Assembly: GCA_026413945.1 (NCBI GenBank)
Contig: JAOAJX010000003.1
Span: forward strand, 32,001 to 96,000
DNA: 64,000 nt
Direction: 5' to 3'
From: Candidatus Iainarchaeum sp.
GTDB lineage: Archaea > Iainarchaeota > Iainarchaeia > Iainarchaeales > DTGL01
Within the stretch, counting starts at the first letter, position 1. Every line of letters starts with the position of its first letter. Made by a program: the position numbers and the translations under genes. The notes below the pieces were generated by a model. It did not search any database and was not told the origin of the DNA. It saw nothing but the letters and a program-made list of their open reading frames with translations. This document shows positions 49,401 to 57,666 of the stretch, in pieces.

Positions 49401-50074
49401 TGTATTAATTGCTTTAACCTTTCTATGTTGTCCTTGTTTTTCCAAATATCTGTAAATGCTTGTGCTTCAGAAACACCGGCTTTTTTATAATAAATTGAGC
49501 TGCACCCTACACCTACATCTGAGCATTGAAGGGTTACATCAGATTGGCCTTTAAGCCAGGTTTTTATATCCGGCGAAAAACTCGTCTTTGGCAACTTTTT
49601 GTCTCTCTCAAGACAGTATTTCATATTGAGATCATATTCCTCATAATCATTAGCATCACAAAGATCTGGCCTGCTGCACGCCCACCTATAACATAACAAT
49701 TTGACCCTTATAATTGCATTTTCAGATGCAAAATCAGTGCTCAAGTTAAAAGTTGCCTCTATTTTTCCATCGCATTTTCTATCATCACATCCAGGCAATT
49801 TTTTTATCGTTTTGTGCATTTCCTTTAAGCTACCTTGGTCTATAGAAACCAGGCACCTTGGTTCGTAACTACTAAGATTATCTTTTGGGATATTTTCCAA
49901 CACTACTTCAACGTTTGCATAAAAAGTCATATCAATTTTGCCTGTGTTATAAACATTGCAATTTTTATCAATACTTTTTATCTCTAGTCTTGCAGATGGT
50001 TGATAATTCCCTTCAACATAGCAAAGAGCACTAATAAGCAAAATTTGGACTAAGCAAGCCAGATTTCTTTTCAT
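46406..50074 (-). CDS. Large cell-surface protein, paralog of 8719-11910
   Basis: Signal peptide at MKRNLACL (50074), Cys-containing head, Ig-like repeats (DFAGNFE, DKAGNLE), PS/PT linker, FN3, PKD YKWDFGDG, TM, cytoplasmic tail. Confidence 0.75.
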   Translation of the reverse strand: MKRNLACLVQILLISALCYVEGNYQPSARLEIKSIDKNCNVYNTGKIDMTFYANVEVVLENIPKDNLSSYEPRCLVSIDQGSLKEMHKTIKKLPGCDDRKCDGKIEATFNLSTDFASENAIIRVKLLCYRWACSRPDLCDANDYEEYDLNMKYCLERDKKLPKTSFSPDIKTWLKGQSDVTLQCSDVGVGCSSIYYKKAGVSEAQAFTDIWKNKDNIERLKQLIQSSGKSSITVTLNEPTLIAYASKDFAGNFEKPSVAYIKVDGVAPPTDAIMSKASVVFKDTFDKNTFDELRWEKTNWTIVQTSYRTGIATATEQRKGHLISKSINLAGAESAIIEFWAMKENWGAEDYLYLYFCSGSDTNCQLFKKVSSELDLMGEVFKIDIPKEYRTMNFKVKFDAYVKSIGKFRIDNISVIKNPKISLVCKDTSPYGLGLNIAEIELVSGCEDTNYRVDGSNWSTGTEFNITDAGCHRINYRSSDKAGNLETEKSAEFCVEDFSSSVEPSPSPSPSPTPVQTQTPSNSPIPTPTVRTLSISDVSVQTSANEAKITWKTSIESRCRIGIAKTEDIFSWYDSFTLNSKEHTQSFSELYSDTIYVYEIKCFTDVELKNYRGTFFTMPQEQNRKRISIVGFKAEPTTAYEGEVITFELVVSAAYPELKYKWDFGDGRIITDKKNKKEYVYYLPANFENYEKEYTVKVSVIGSDDEDLGYAEKKVTIKRSAIRVRLIKPTWGETLKKTELVEARVTFMDAGNKTIEPSQITNIYATIDGLSTNTKFDGNELVITYLPNYKTKNSTILKISAKVSSSSGKIELNSSLPLSFEPMKLILYHNPFAEKNYPINSEIKDAIIRVMVPQINQPVQMAYIEAYLKCSNSKKRVASVSSKSNPYDYRMVLDHRISEENLKQGLVLYVQGEDIYGNYFSEELRIPISKDNPNFDLELSDYNIGAVKGQFLTIKGKITSTIGLKGNVEFLCDNGDGGKAIYKAEEDVHLLKIQVPNDLKSNKLGCEAKAVAFDKNKSWVALENFSIYLVNFTVTVIEPKQGINISLGPTNSIKLFILKSDDSTPTEEEIYGKINIDGKNSAVVFKKSGGFYVANLEEPLGFGEHYLKLMLEEPYAYQQEMVVLIKQDENINWLLVLIVSFSVFAYMGFRILSKTLERRDLMKNLKTEEESLRSLIKRLKIAYMKKHISKAEFKEKYSEAILRLTKIRSMAKGNIPLKPKKR

Positions 50075-50143
50075 GAAAATAATACCATTTGCATAAATAA
50101 AAATGTTTCTAATGTGATTCAAAATATAACTAAAAAAAGTGAG

Positions 50144-50216
50144 TGCCCCAGCCGGGATTCGAACCCGGGCTACTGGCTTGAAAGGCCAGGGTGCTTGACC
50201 GCTACACCACCGGGGC
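50144..50216 (-). tRNA. tRNA-Glu (TTC), intronless, CCA not encoded
   Basis: Cloverleaf GCCCCGG...CTGGGGC-A, anticodon arm CTGGC-CTTTCAA-GCCAG, T loop TTCGAAT. Confidence 0.95.
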
Positions 50217-50309
50217 AATGCTACATTAGAATTAATGCCGATAAAATGTTTTTTAAATGTAACCCACAATAAGCATATAATCTAGCTTATATTGCTTATA
50301 GGTGTTCTT

Positions 50310-50477
50310 ATGCCACTAACTCCTGAAGCACTTAAGAGGCGATTTGAAAATGTTTGGGTTTGTATGAGCTGCAATGCTAAGAACCGTGCATCCCCCGGGA
50401 AAAAGCCGCAAAAGTGCAGGAAATGCGGCAGCAAGCGCCTAAGGCCTAAGAAAAAGCTAAAGAAGATAGCAAAATAG
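50310..50477 (+). CDS. rpl40e: 50S ribosomal protein L40e
   Basis: VCMSCNAKN...KCRKCGSKRLRPK; SD AGGTG. Confidence 0.92.
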   Translation: MPLTPEALKRRFENVWVCMSCNAKNRASPGKKPQKCRKCGSKRLRPKKKLKKIAK

Positions 50478-50532
50478 CAACATAGTTTTTTATCAAAAAA
50501 ATATTTAAATAACTTCTAAGCGCAATACTTAT

Positions 50533-51378
50533 ATGGTTAGGCATTATATTGAGATCATAAGGCCTTCTGACTGCCTTATGGCATCTTTTGCTGTTCTAAT
50601 TGGCTTTCTTGTTGCTTCAGGTGGCTTTGTCGTCCACGATTTTTTAATGTTCTTAAAGCTATTCTTCGGCATGATTGCAGTTTTTTTATTTGCAGCAGCA
50701 GGAATAGTGATAAATGACTACTTTGATTATCACATAGATAAGATAAACGCTCCACATAGGCCTTTACCTTCCGGCAAAATAAAGCGCGGCCATTCTTTGA
50801 ACTATTCTTATCTTCTGTTCTCTTTAGGCATATTTTTCGCATTTCTAGTTTCATATCTTTCGCCAGGTAACCCGTGGTGTCTCTTTTTAGCACTTATAAA
50901 TACAGCACTTGAAATTTACTATGCGAGGAACTTCAAAAGGATGCTATTAATTGGCAATTTTGTAGATTCTTGGTTTGTTGCCTCGAGCTTTCTTTTTGGC
51001 GCATTAATTTTCGGTTATGAAAATTTGCAAGCAGTATCAATCCTTGCGCTCATTTCATTTTTTGCAAATGCTGGTAGAGAAGTCTTTGGTGATATTGAGG
51101 ATATTGCCGGAGATAAAAAGCTTGGGCTTAAAACATTACCAATAATTTACGGGGAAAAAATAGCAAAAAAAATTGGCTCTGCACTAATACTATTGGCTGT
51201 GATAATGAGCCCATTGCCTTGGTTTTTTGGTCTTTTGAAAATGCCCTATCTTTTCGCAGTTCTTTTAGCAGATGCAATCTTTTTAGCATCCTTGTCAGTT
51301 GATCCAAGAAAGAATCAGCTACTTACAAAGATAGCCATGGTTGTGGCACTATTTGCGTTCGTTGTTGGAGTGATCTGA
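50533..51378 (+). CDS. UbiA-family prenyltransferase, probable digeranylgeranylglyceryl phosphate synthase
   Basis: NDYFDYHIDKINAPHRPLPSG, REVFGDIEDIAGD..GLKTLP. Confidence 0.85.
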   Translation: MVRHYIEIIRPSDCLMASFAVLIGFLVASGGFVVHDFLMFLKLFFGMIAVFLFAAAGIVINDYFDYHIDKINAPHRPLPSGKIKRGHSLNYSYLLFSLGIFFAFLVSYLSPGNPWCLFLALINTALEIYYARNFKRMLLIGNFVDSWFVASSFLFGALIFGYENLQAVSILALISFFANAGREVFGDIEDIAGDKKLGLKTLPIIYGEKIAKKIGSALILLAVIMSPLPWFFGLLKMPYLFAVLLADAIFLASLSVDPRKNQLLTKIAMVVALFAFVVGVI

Positions 51379-52023
51379 TTGGATTTTGAGTCACAAAGAA
51401 AAAAGCTTGTTAATTCAATGATTGCAAATGGCTCTTTAAAAAGTGCGGAAATAATTAAAGCTTTTCTTAAAGTTAAGCGCGAAGAATTTTTTTTACCAGA
51501 ACTTAAAAAGTTCTCTTATGATGATTCGGCCTATCCAATAGGTCATAGCCAAACAATATCACAGCCAAGCACTATAGCTATAATGTTAGAGCTTCTAAAA
51601 CCACTAAAAGGGCACAAGGTGCTAGAGATAGGCTCTGGTTCTGGGTATGTGCTTGCATTGTTGTCAGAGATAGTTGGCCCTGAAGGGAAAGTAATAGGTA
51701 TAGAGCGCAATTATGAACTTGCTGTGCGCTCAATTGAGACACTTGCCAAGCTTAAATACAAAAAGATTAAAGTATTAATTTCTGACGGCTCAAAAGGCCT
51801 TCCTGAGGAAGCGCCATTTCATCGTATTTTGGTTTCTGCTGCTTGTAATGTTGTTCCAAAGCCTTTGGAGGAGCAGCTCACCTTTCACGGGCGCATAGTT
51901 GCGCCAGTTGGCTCAAAGTTTTCACAGCAACTTCAGGTTATAGAAAAAGAACCAAATGGAGCACTTAAGAGATATTTTGCAGAGGGCTATTTTGTATTCG
52001 TACCACTTGTTTCAGATAGTTAA
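51379..52023 (+). CDS. pcm: Protein-L-isoaspartate O-methyltransferase
   Basis: QTISQP, VLEIGSGSGY, DGSKGLPEEAPF, FVFVPL. Confidence 0.95.
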   Translation: MDFESQRKKLVNSMIANGSLKSAEIIKAFLKVKREEFFLPELKKFSYDDSAYPIGHSQTISQPSTIAIMLELLKPLKGHKVLEIGSGSGYVLALLSEIVGPEGKVIGIERNYELAVRSIETLAKLKYKKIKVLISDGSKGLPEEAPFHRILVSAACNVVPKPLEEQLTFHGRIVAPVGSKFSQQLQVIEKEPNGALKRYFAEGYFVFVPLVSDS

Positions 52024-52031
52024 AAAAATAG

Positions 52032-52730
52032 CTAAAAAATTTTCTTAACTTTTTTATTAACTAGTTTAACACCTTTTATTTCAAGTTTCCCATGGTCTTT
52101 ATAAAAGTTTTTCTCAGAATCTGTGATTTCAATTCGTTTCTTGAAAAGTGGCGCATCAAGCACAGTCGTCTCAAATTCGCCACCTTCACCACATATATTG
52201 ATGCCATATGTTTTTTCAAGTCCTTCAAGCTCTTTGATAAGTGCATAATCAATCCTTCTCCCTAGCCATGATGCATCCAAAGGATATGCACTTACCCCAA
52301 TAATTATTGTCTCAAATTTTCTTTCAACCACTTCTTGCAAAATCTTTTGCTGCGGCATGCCCCATAAAGGATTAAATGTTTTTAATTTTAGTTCATTACA
52401 AATGCTTTGAATTCTTTTGGCTTGGTAGTTCGATGCAATTGCACCACTAACAACGACACCAATTCCAAATTTTTCTTTTGCATCTGAAATAAGCGCTTTT
52501 AAATCTTGGAGCTCATCGTCTTTTTTGCCACTTGTGTGCTTCACTATTTGTGGCATCTCCAATGCTTTGGCTTGTATTTTTGTCATCTCTATGTTTGGAG
52601 TGTGAAACATATAGCTGTAAGGGTTTTTTGATATTGCTGTAAGAAGACATATATTGCTATATACTTCTTTTGCAATATGAAGCGCAAGACAAGAATCCTT
52701 GCCCCCCGAAAAAAGAACTCCGGCCCACAT
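52032..52730 (-). CDS. dph6: Diphthine--ammonia ligase
   Basis: LFSGGKDS, SYMFH, GAIASNYQ, PLW, CGEGGEFET. Confidence 0.92.
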   Translation of the reverse strand: MWAGVLFSGGKDSCLALHIAKEVYSNICLLTAISKNPYSYMFHTPNIEMTKIQAKALEMPQIVKHTSGKKDDELQDLKALISDAKEKFGIGVVVSGAIASNYQAKRIQSICNELKLKTFNPLWGMPQQKILQEVVERKFETIIIGVSAYPLDASWLGRRIDYALIKELEGLEKTYGINICGEGGEFETTVLDAPLFKKRIEITDSEKNFYKDHGKLEIKGVKLVNKKVKKIF

Positions 52731-52734
52731 GTTT

Positions 52735-53763
52735 TTACCCAAACCAAGAATCCAAACGAGCCTGAGAGCCGCCCTTACATTGAAGTTTTTGTAGTTTCTC
52801 AATTGCCTTCAATACACGCTCTTCAGAAAAATTCCTTTCATTGCAAAGAAAATTTTTTATTCCCTCACTATCTGGCTCTGAAAATTCTATTGTGAAAGAA
52901 TCACTCTGCTTTGGCTCAAGGAAGATTTCTTCAACTTCCTTGTAATCAAAATCAATATCTTTGCCCAAATTTTTTAATATTTCTTCAAATGACGGGTATT
53001 TTTTGACAAGCTCAAGCGCTCTTTTTGGGCCTATGCCTTCAATCTTTTGATTAAAGTCAGTACCTATCATTATCGCAACCCAAACAAGTTTTCTTCTGTC
53101 AATTGAAAGGCACCTCAGTGTTTCTTCAAGGGATATTAGCTCAGGCACTACATCAATATAGACATCCCTGCCTGGCAATTTTCTTTTCCCGCTTATAGTT
53201 AAATTGCGAACAAGCAAAGGCGCTCCAAAGAGAAGCGCGTCGTAGTCTTGGCTTGCACAGGCATAGATCTTTTTGTTTGCAGCCATTAATGCAGCTTGTG
53301 CTTCACCCTCGCTTGGTGCTTGTACTATGGGTAGCCCCATAAGTTGCAGAAGCTCTTTTGATTCTTCAATCATTTCTTTGTTAAGCCTCACTGCCTGCTT
53401 AGCATATTTTTTTGCATCTTCAATTAAGCCATCTTTAAGCGCTTCTTTAAATTTCTCTTCAGCGTCTGTTCTTATGCGGTTTCTTTCCTCGCGCGTTCTT
53501 TCTTTAAGCTTACTTGGTTCGCCATCAAAAATGAACACAGGCCTTATCTCGTTTTCTACGAGGTTTGCCGTTCTGTATAAGAGGCCACTCAAGTGACTCG
53601 TAACTCTGCCTTTGGAGTCTGTAAGCAGTGATCCATCAGCTCCACGAATGTTTGAAAGGAATTGATACAGGGTATTGAATGCGTCTATACCTATTGTCCT
53701 GCCCTTCAAAAAGCTGAGGCTTATTTCTTTTTTAACAACCAAATTTCCAAGGTCTACGCCCAT
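52735..53763 (-). CDS. fen: Flap endonuclease 1
   Basis: MGV start, DAFNTLYQFL, APSEGEAQ, SQDYDALLFG, GTDFN, PIP box QARLDSWF. Confidence 0.97.
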   Translation of the reverse strand: MGVDLGNLVVKKEISLSFLKGRTIGIDAFNTLYQFLSNIRGADGSLLTDSKGRVTSHLSGLLYRTANLVENEIRPVFIFDGEPSKLKERTREERNRIRTDAEEKFKEALKDGLIEDAKKYAKQAVRLNKEMIEESKELLQLMGLPIVQAPSEGEAQAALMAANKKIYACASQDYDALLFGAPLLVRNLTISGKRKLPGRDVYIDVVPELISLEETLRCLSIDRRKLVWVAIMIGTDFNQKIEGIGPKRALELVKKYPSFEEILKNLGKDIDFDYKEVEEIFLEPKQSDSFTIEFSEPDSEGIKNFLCNERNFSEERVLKAIEKLQKLQCKGGSQARLDSWFG

Positions 53764-53801
53764 ATATAGATACTTTAACAGTTAAATTGTTAAAAGAGTT
53801 T

Positions 53802-54572
53802 TTATTTAATCTCTTTTTGTTGGTCCAAGCCCAATATTTCAACAACCCTTCTTTTTCTTCTTGAGAACCTGTAAAGCCCATTTTTGGGTGAAGGTTTTGA
53901 TTCGAGGTAGCGATCTCTTATTTTGCTAAAAAGCTCAGCATGCGGTGTTTCAAAAAAGTAAAGTTCATTTCCCGAAGCAAAAATAGGCCTTGCACTTGCA
54001 AGTATTTCATCAACTATTGCCTCAAACCACAGCTTTCCAAGCGCTTGGTTTACTTTTCTCATATCTACGCCTTTTATTCCCTGGACAAATTCGATATAAT
54101 ATCTATTTAAGACGTGGTTGAATTTGAAATTAAATAAGCAAAATTCGCCAATGCCTTTTACGCTCGCCATATAAACCCCATTTAAAATATGGCCATCAGG
54201 CATAACATATTGTAGCTTAAAGTGAACATCAAATTTTTTTTCGGGCTTAGGGTTAAATATATTGAATATAGTTTCAACAGTTGCAACAAACACCCTTGGT
54301 TTTACTCGCCTGTAAGCAACGAAATCAGGAAGGCTATTGCTAATGTATCCCATTATATGTCCTCGGTCTATCTCAGAAAATGTAGTGGTCTTTTCTATTA
54401 TTCTGCTAAGTTTTCTGTATAGGTATATCTTCTCAGTAAGCCGTAAATTTGGCAATAAGAATATGTCGTGCCTAAGCTTACCTTTGATTTTTCTTCTAAT
54501 ATTGTCTGCAATTGCACTCGGTGGCTTTGGCTTAGTTTTTGGTCTTATTACAAGCCGCATTTTTCGAAACAT
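53802..54572 (-). CDS. Basic hypothetical protein
   Basis: 256-aa ORF filling the gap; K/R/P-rich N-terminus; no confident family. Confidence 0.65.
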   Translation of the reverse strand: MFRKMRLVIRPKTKPKPPSAIADNIRRKIKGKLRHDIFLLPNLRLTEKIYLYRKLSRIIEKTTTFSEIDRGHIMGYISNSLPDFVAYRRVKPRVFVATVETIFNIFNPKPEKKFDVHFKLQYVMPDGHILNGVYMASVKGIGEFCLFNFKFNHVLNRYYIEFVQGIKGVDMRKVNQALGKLWFEAIVDEILASARPIFASGNELYFFETPHAELFSKIRDRYLESKPSPKNGLYRFSRRKRRVVEILGLDQQKEIK

Positions 54573-54693
54573 GCTTCTCGTGATAATATTTTCAGCTTTG
54601 TGGAATAAAATTGTTTACTCAATTTTTTCTGAGGGCGATTTTTTTCCAAAACAAATATTTTTAAACATATAGCAAACATATATAAACTTTAGA

Positions 54694-55158
54694 ATGGACA
54701 TAATTATCACGGCTGCGACTGGCACTGGCAATACTGAACTCAGTGCTTTTGACAATGCTCTTTGGAATGCTGGAGTAGCTAATTATAACTTAATTAAGCT
54801 CAGCTCGATAATACCTCCAGCTTCCAGAATAATACTCAAGAAGCCAGATATCAATCCAGAAGAATACGGCCGTAGGCTTTATGTTGTCATGAGTGAGCAG
54901 AGAGCAAGAAAGAAAGGACAGGTTGCATGTGCGGGTGTTGGTTGGTATATTCTTGAAGACGGCCGCGGCGTGTTTGTTGAGCATCATGGCACTTCAATTA
55001 AAAAAGTTGAAAGCGAAATTAAAAAATCTCTTCAAGATCTTGCAAACCAGAGAGGCATAAAAGATGTTCAATTCAATATGAAGATTTCTAGTGCGAAATG
55101 CACATCAAAGCCTGTATGCGCGATTGTATGCGCAATTTACAAGAGCGAACCTTGGTGA
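54694..55158 (+). CDS. pdaD: Pyruvoyl-dependent arginine decarboxylase
   Basis: LSAFDNAL..AGVANYNLIKLSSIIP (Ser-Ser autocleavage site). Confidence 0.9.
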   Translation: MDIIITAATGTGNTELSAFDNALWNAGVANYNLIKLSSIIPPASRIILKKPDINPEEYGRRLYVVMSEQRARKKGQVACAGVGWYILEDGRGVFVEHHGTSIKKVESEIKKSLQDLANQRGIKDVQFNMKISSAKCTSKPVCAIVCAIYKSEPW

Positions 55159-55253
55159 AAGGATAAGTTTTCCCGTTTCTGATAACATATGTATATATAT
55201 ATCGTTTCTTTATTATAGATATCTTTGGATATTGTTTAGGAGGTGTTAAGTTT

Positions 55254-55526
55254 ATGGACTATAAGATTCCATTATTGTTAGTTGTTGTCTGCATTTTTTC
55301 TTTTGTGGCTGGGATATTATTAGCAAAATATATCTTACCAGAGGCAACACCGGGCCAAAGTGGAGGTTTTATCACATGTAAATCACAGCAGTTGTGCACT
55401 TTAGAAGGGAGCGATATGCAAGCATACGGTTGCAGAAAAGTTTCTGATACGCCTTGCGGAATGGCCTACATGGCTGGTTATAAGAATGCAGTACACGCTT
55501 ACTGCTATGATTGTTCTCCTAAATAA
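55254..55526 (+). CDS. Small membrane-anchored or secreted 6-Cys protein
   Basis: SD GGAGGTG, N-terminal TM, six Cys in a ~60-aa ectodomain. Confidence 0.7.
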   Translation: MDYKIPLLLVVVCIFSFVAGILLAKYILPEATPGQSGGFITCKSQQLCTLEGSDMQAYGCRKVSDTPCGMAYMAGYKNAVHAYCYDCSPK

Positions 55527-55643
55527 ACCACAAACTATTAAACATTAATTTTATTTTACTATTTTATCTGCTCACTTTTTCAAAAACGTAAGTTTTAAGC
55601 CGAACTTTTACCGTTTTTTTTAAATATTTCAGTTCACACATCG

Positions 55644-55721
55644 TGGCGCGACTGCTATGACGAATCAAAATATGGGCTAAGCTGCAGATGTGTTTCTGGT
55701 AAGTGCCAATGGGCGCAGTAA
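55644..55721 (+). pseudogene. C-terminal remnant of an eight-cysteine-cluster domain gene
   Basis: Frame reads WRDCYDESKYGLSCRCVSGKCQWAQ*; no start codon before the in-frame TAA at 55596. Confidence 0.6.
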
Positions 55722-55791
55722 ATTTTGTGACATTTTTTGAATAAAGCTTAAAAGCGCAACATATAAAAAAACAATTTCTTTTTATCCATTT

Positions 55792-56169
55792 ATGCTGTGC
55801 GAGGTCTGCGGCAAGAGCTCCCAAAAACTTTTGAGGACTGAAATCGAGGGTGCAGAGCTTATGGTTTGCCAAGAATGCTCTGCACTTGGCAAAATAATCA
55901 GAGAACCAAAAGAAAATTTTATGCAACCAATATTTAAAAAAACAACTAATCCGCCAAAAATTCAAGAACCGCCGCAGGTAATTGAAAATTTTGGTGTGGA
56001 AATTAAAAAGGCAAGAGAGAAGTTAGGACTCACAAGAGAAGAGCTTGCAAAGAAGATTTTTGAAAAGGAGTCCTTGTTAGTGCGAATTGAAAATACCAAT
56101 TTTGAGCCAGAGGAAAAAGTCATAAGAAAACTTGAAAAGGTGTTAGGCATAAAGCTTATCGAACAGTGA
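55792..56169 (+). CDS. mbf1: Archaeal multiprotein bridging factor 1
   Basis: CEVCG...IEGAELMVCQEC, HTH AREKLGLTREELAKKI. Confidence 0.92.
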   Translation: MLCEVCGKSSQKLLRTEIEGAELMVCQECSALGKIIREPKENFMQPIFKKTTNPPKIQEPPQVIENFGVEIKKAREKLGLTREELAKKIFEKESLLVRIENTNFEPEEKVIRKLEKVLGIKLIEQ

Positions 56170-56173
56170 TCAT

Positions 56174-57604
56174 ATGGACTTTTTCGCGGAACCCGCTTCA
56201 CTTTTTGGCATAATTGTCTTAATCGTTCTTTTTGTTTTAGGCTCAACTTATCTTCTAAAGCGTTTCCGCTCTGTTGAGTCGCATATTATTTACTCGCTTT
56301 GGCGCAGTGAAAGATTTGCAAGTGCAATAAAGCGCCTTTATTTCATGGGCCATATCATAGACTTTTTTGCAATTACTGGCGCAATTCTTGGGTTTGGGGT
56401 TTTGGCCTCTGATTTCCTCTTTGCAAAAGAAAGGAAACTTTTTGTGCGTTTGGCCCTGGCAGCAATAGTTTCTCTAATTTTGGCACTTTTCTACTTTTTT
56501 ACTTTTCGTGCTCTTGTACTTGGCACAAATTTTACAAGATCTTACGATGTGATTTTCTTTTTGTTTTTTTCAGTTTTCGGAATGTCGTTTTTTGGTTTTA
56601 TATTGATGCTCGTTAACGGCATACACATTTTGCAAGGCCTTTTTACTGGGTCAACTGTTTGTCCAGGCGTAGCACCACTGATACCCGGCGTAAGGATTCC
56701 AAAAGTACCTGTATTCATTCCTTGGTATGGCTGGATCGCATTGCTAATTGCGATGTTATTGCATGAGTGTGCCCACGGCATACAGGCCCTGAAGTCAAAA
56801 CTAAAGCTAAAAAGCGCAGGTGTTCTTTTAGTTGGACTTTTGCCTTTCGGTGCTTTTGTTGAACCAGACGAAGAGCAACTAAAAAAGGCAGATCCCAAAA
56901 TGCGCATAAAGATATATTGTGCAGGCCCATCCGCAAATCTATTTTCAGTACCTTTCTTTCTAATAATCGCACTCCTATTTAACACCTATTTTGTAACGCC
57001 CATTTATGAAAAATATCAAAAATCATACCTTGAAAATGTCCAGAGCGTTGAAGTCAGCAATGTTTTTGAAACAATCCCTTATTGCAATTCCCCAAAAAGC
57101 CCTGCTCATGGTATATTGGAGCCAGGTATGCAAATTGTAGCTATTGATGGCAATAGAATAAAAAACCGCCTTGAGCTTTACAGCATCCTTAGTTCAGAGC
57201 GCTTTAAAGAACGTGCTTTCACAATTATTGATAAAAACAAAGAAGCCGTTGTTGTCCTTAAACCAAATCAAGAGCTGCCTCTCAATCCCCCAGAAAACTT
57301 TGGCTTTACTGTTAAAGACATCTTGAAGGAAAATGCAAAGATAGATTCTGATGCAAGGCAGGCGCTTATGAACTTATCCATCATAGAAAACTTCCTTTGG
57401 CTTTGCTTCCTGCTTTCTTTCCTTGTTATGCTTTTTAATTTCTTGCCAATAGTGCCTCTCGATGGTGGCTATGTTGCAAGTGACCTTTACTCCCATTATT
57501 TTTTCGGTGAAATAAATGAAAAAAATAGAAAAATAGTAGCCGATGTGTTACTTGCAGCATTCTTTATAATTGCGCTTTTGAATATACTGCCATTCTTTGT
57601 ATGA
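56174..57604 (+). CDS. Site-2 protease (M50) with PDZ-like domain
   Basis: HECAH, GAFVEPD, AGPSAN, NFLPIVPLDGG. Confidence 0.92.
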   Translation: MDFFAEPASLFGIIVLIVLFVLGSTYLLKRFRSVESHIIYSLWRSERFASAIKRLYFMGHIIDFFAITGAILGFGVLASDFLFAKERKLFVRLALAAIVSLILALFYFFTFRALVLGTNFTRSYDVIFFLFFSVFGMSFFGFILMLVNGIHILQGLFTGSTVCPGVAPLIPGVRIPKVPVFIPWYGWIALLIAMLLHECAHGIQALKSKLKLKSAGVLLVGLLPFGAFVEPDEEQLKKADPKMRIKIYCAGPSANLFSVPFFLIIALLFNTYFVTPIYEKYQKSYLENVQSVEVSNVFETIPYCNSPKSPAHGILEPGMQIVAIDGNRIKNRLELYSILSSERFKERAFTIIDKNKEAVVVLKPNQELPLNPPENFGFTVKDILKENAKIDSDARQALMNLSIIENFLWLCFLLSFLVMLFNFLPIVPLDGGYVASDLYSHYFFGEINEKNRKIVADVLLAAFFIIALLNILPFFV

Positions 57605-57666
57605 ATCTAAAAGAAAAAAAGAAAAGTAAACAAGAAAAGTAAAAAAAATAAAAAAAAAGATTAGAT
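57605..57666 (-). terminator. Long oligo-T terminator region of ftsZ
   Basis: About 55-nt A-rich run on the + strand (T-rich on -) right after the ftsZ stop. Confidence 0.6.

Noticed and set aside
50075-50269. N-terminal 65 aa of the 1287-aa ORF call
   Set aside because: Reads through tRNA-Glu; the signal peptide begins at ATG 50074
55183-55203. (TA)n microsatellite upstream of the small Cys-rich gene
   Set aside because: About six units and consistent with an ordinary TATA region; no evidence of phase variation
55564-55965. 133-aa minus-strand ORF spanning the Cys-domain remnant and mbf1
   Set aside because: Antisense to mbf1, with no recognisable features
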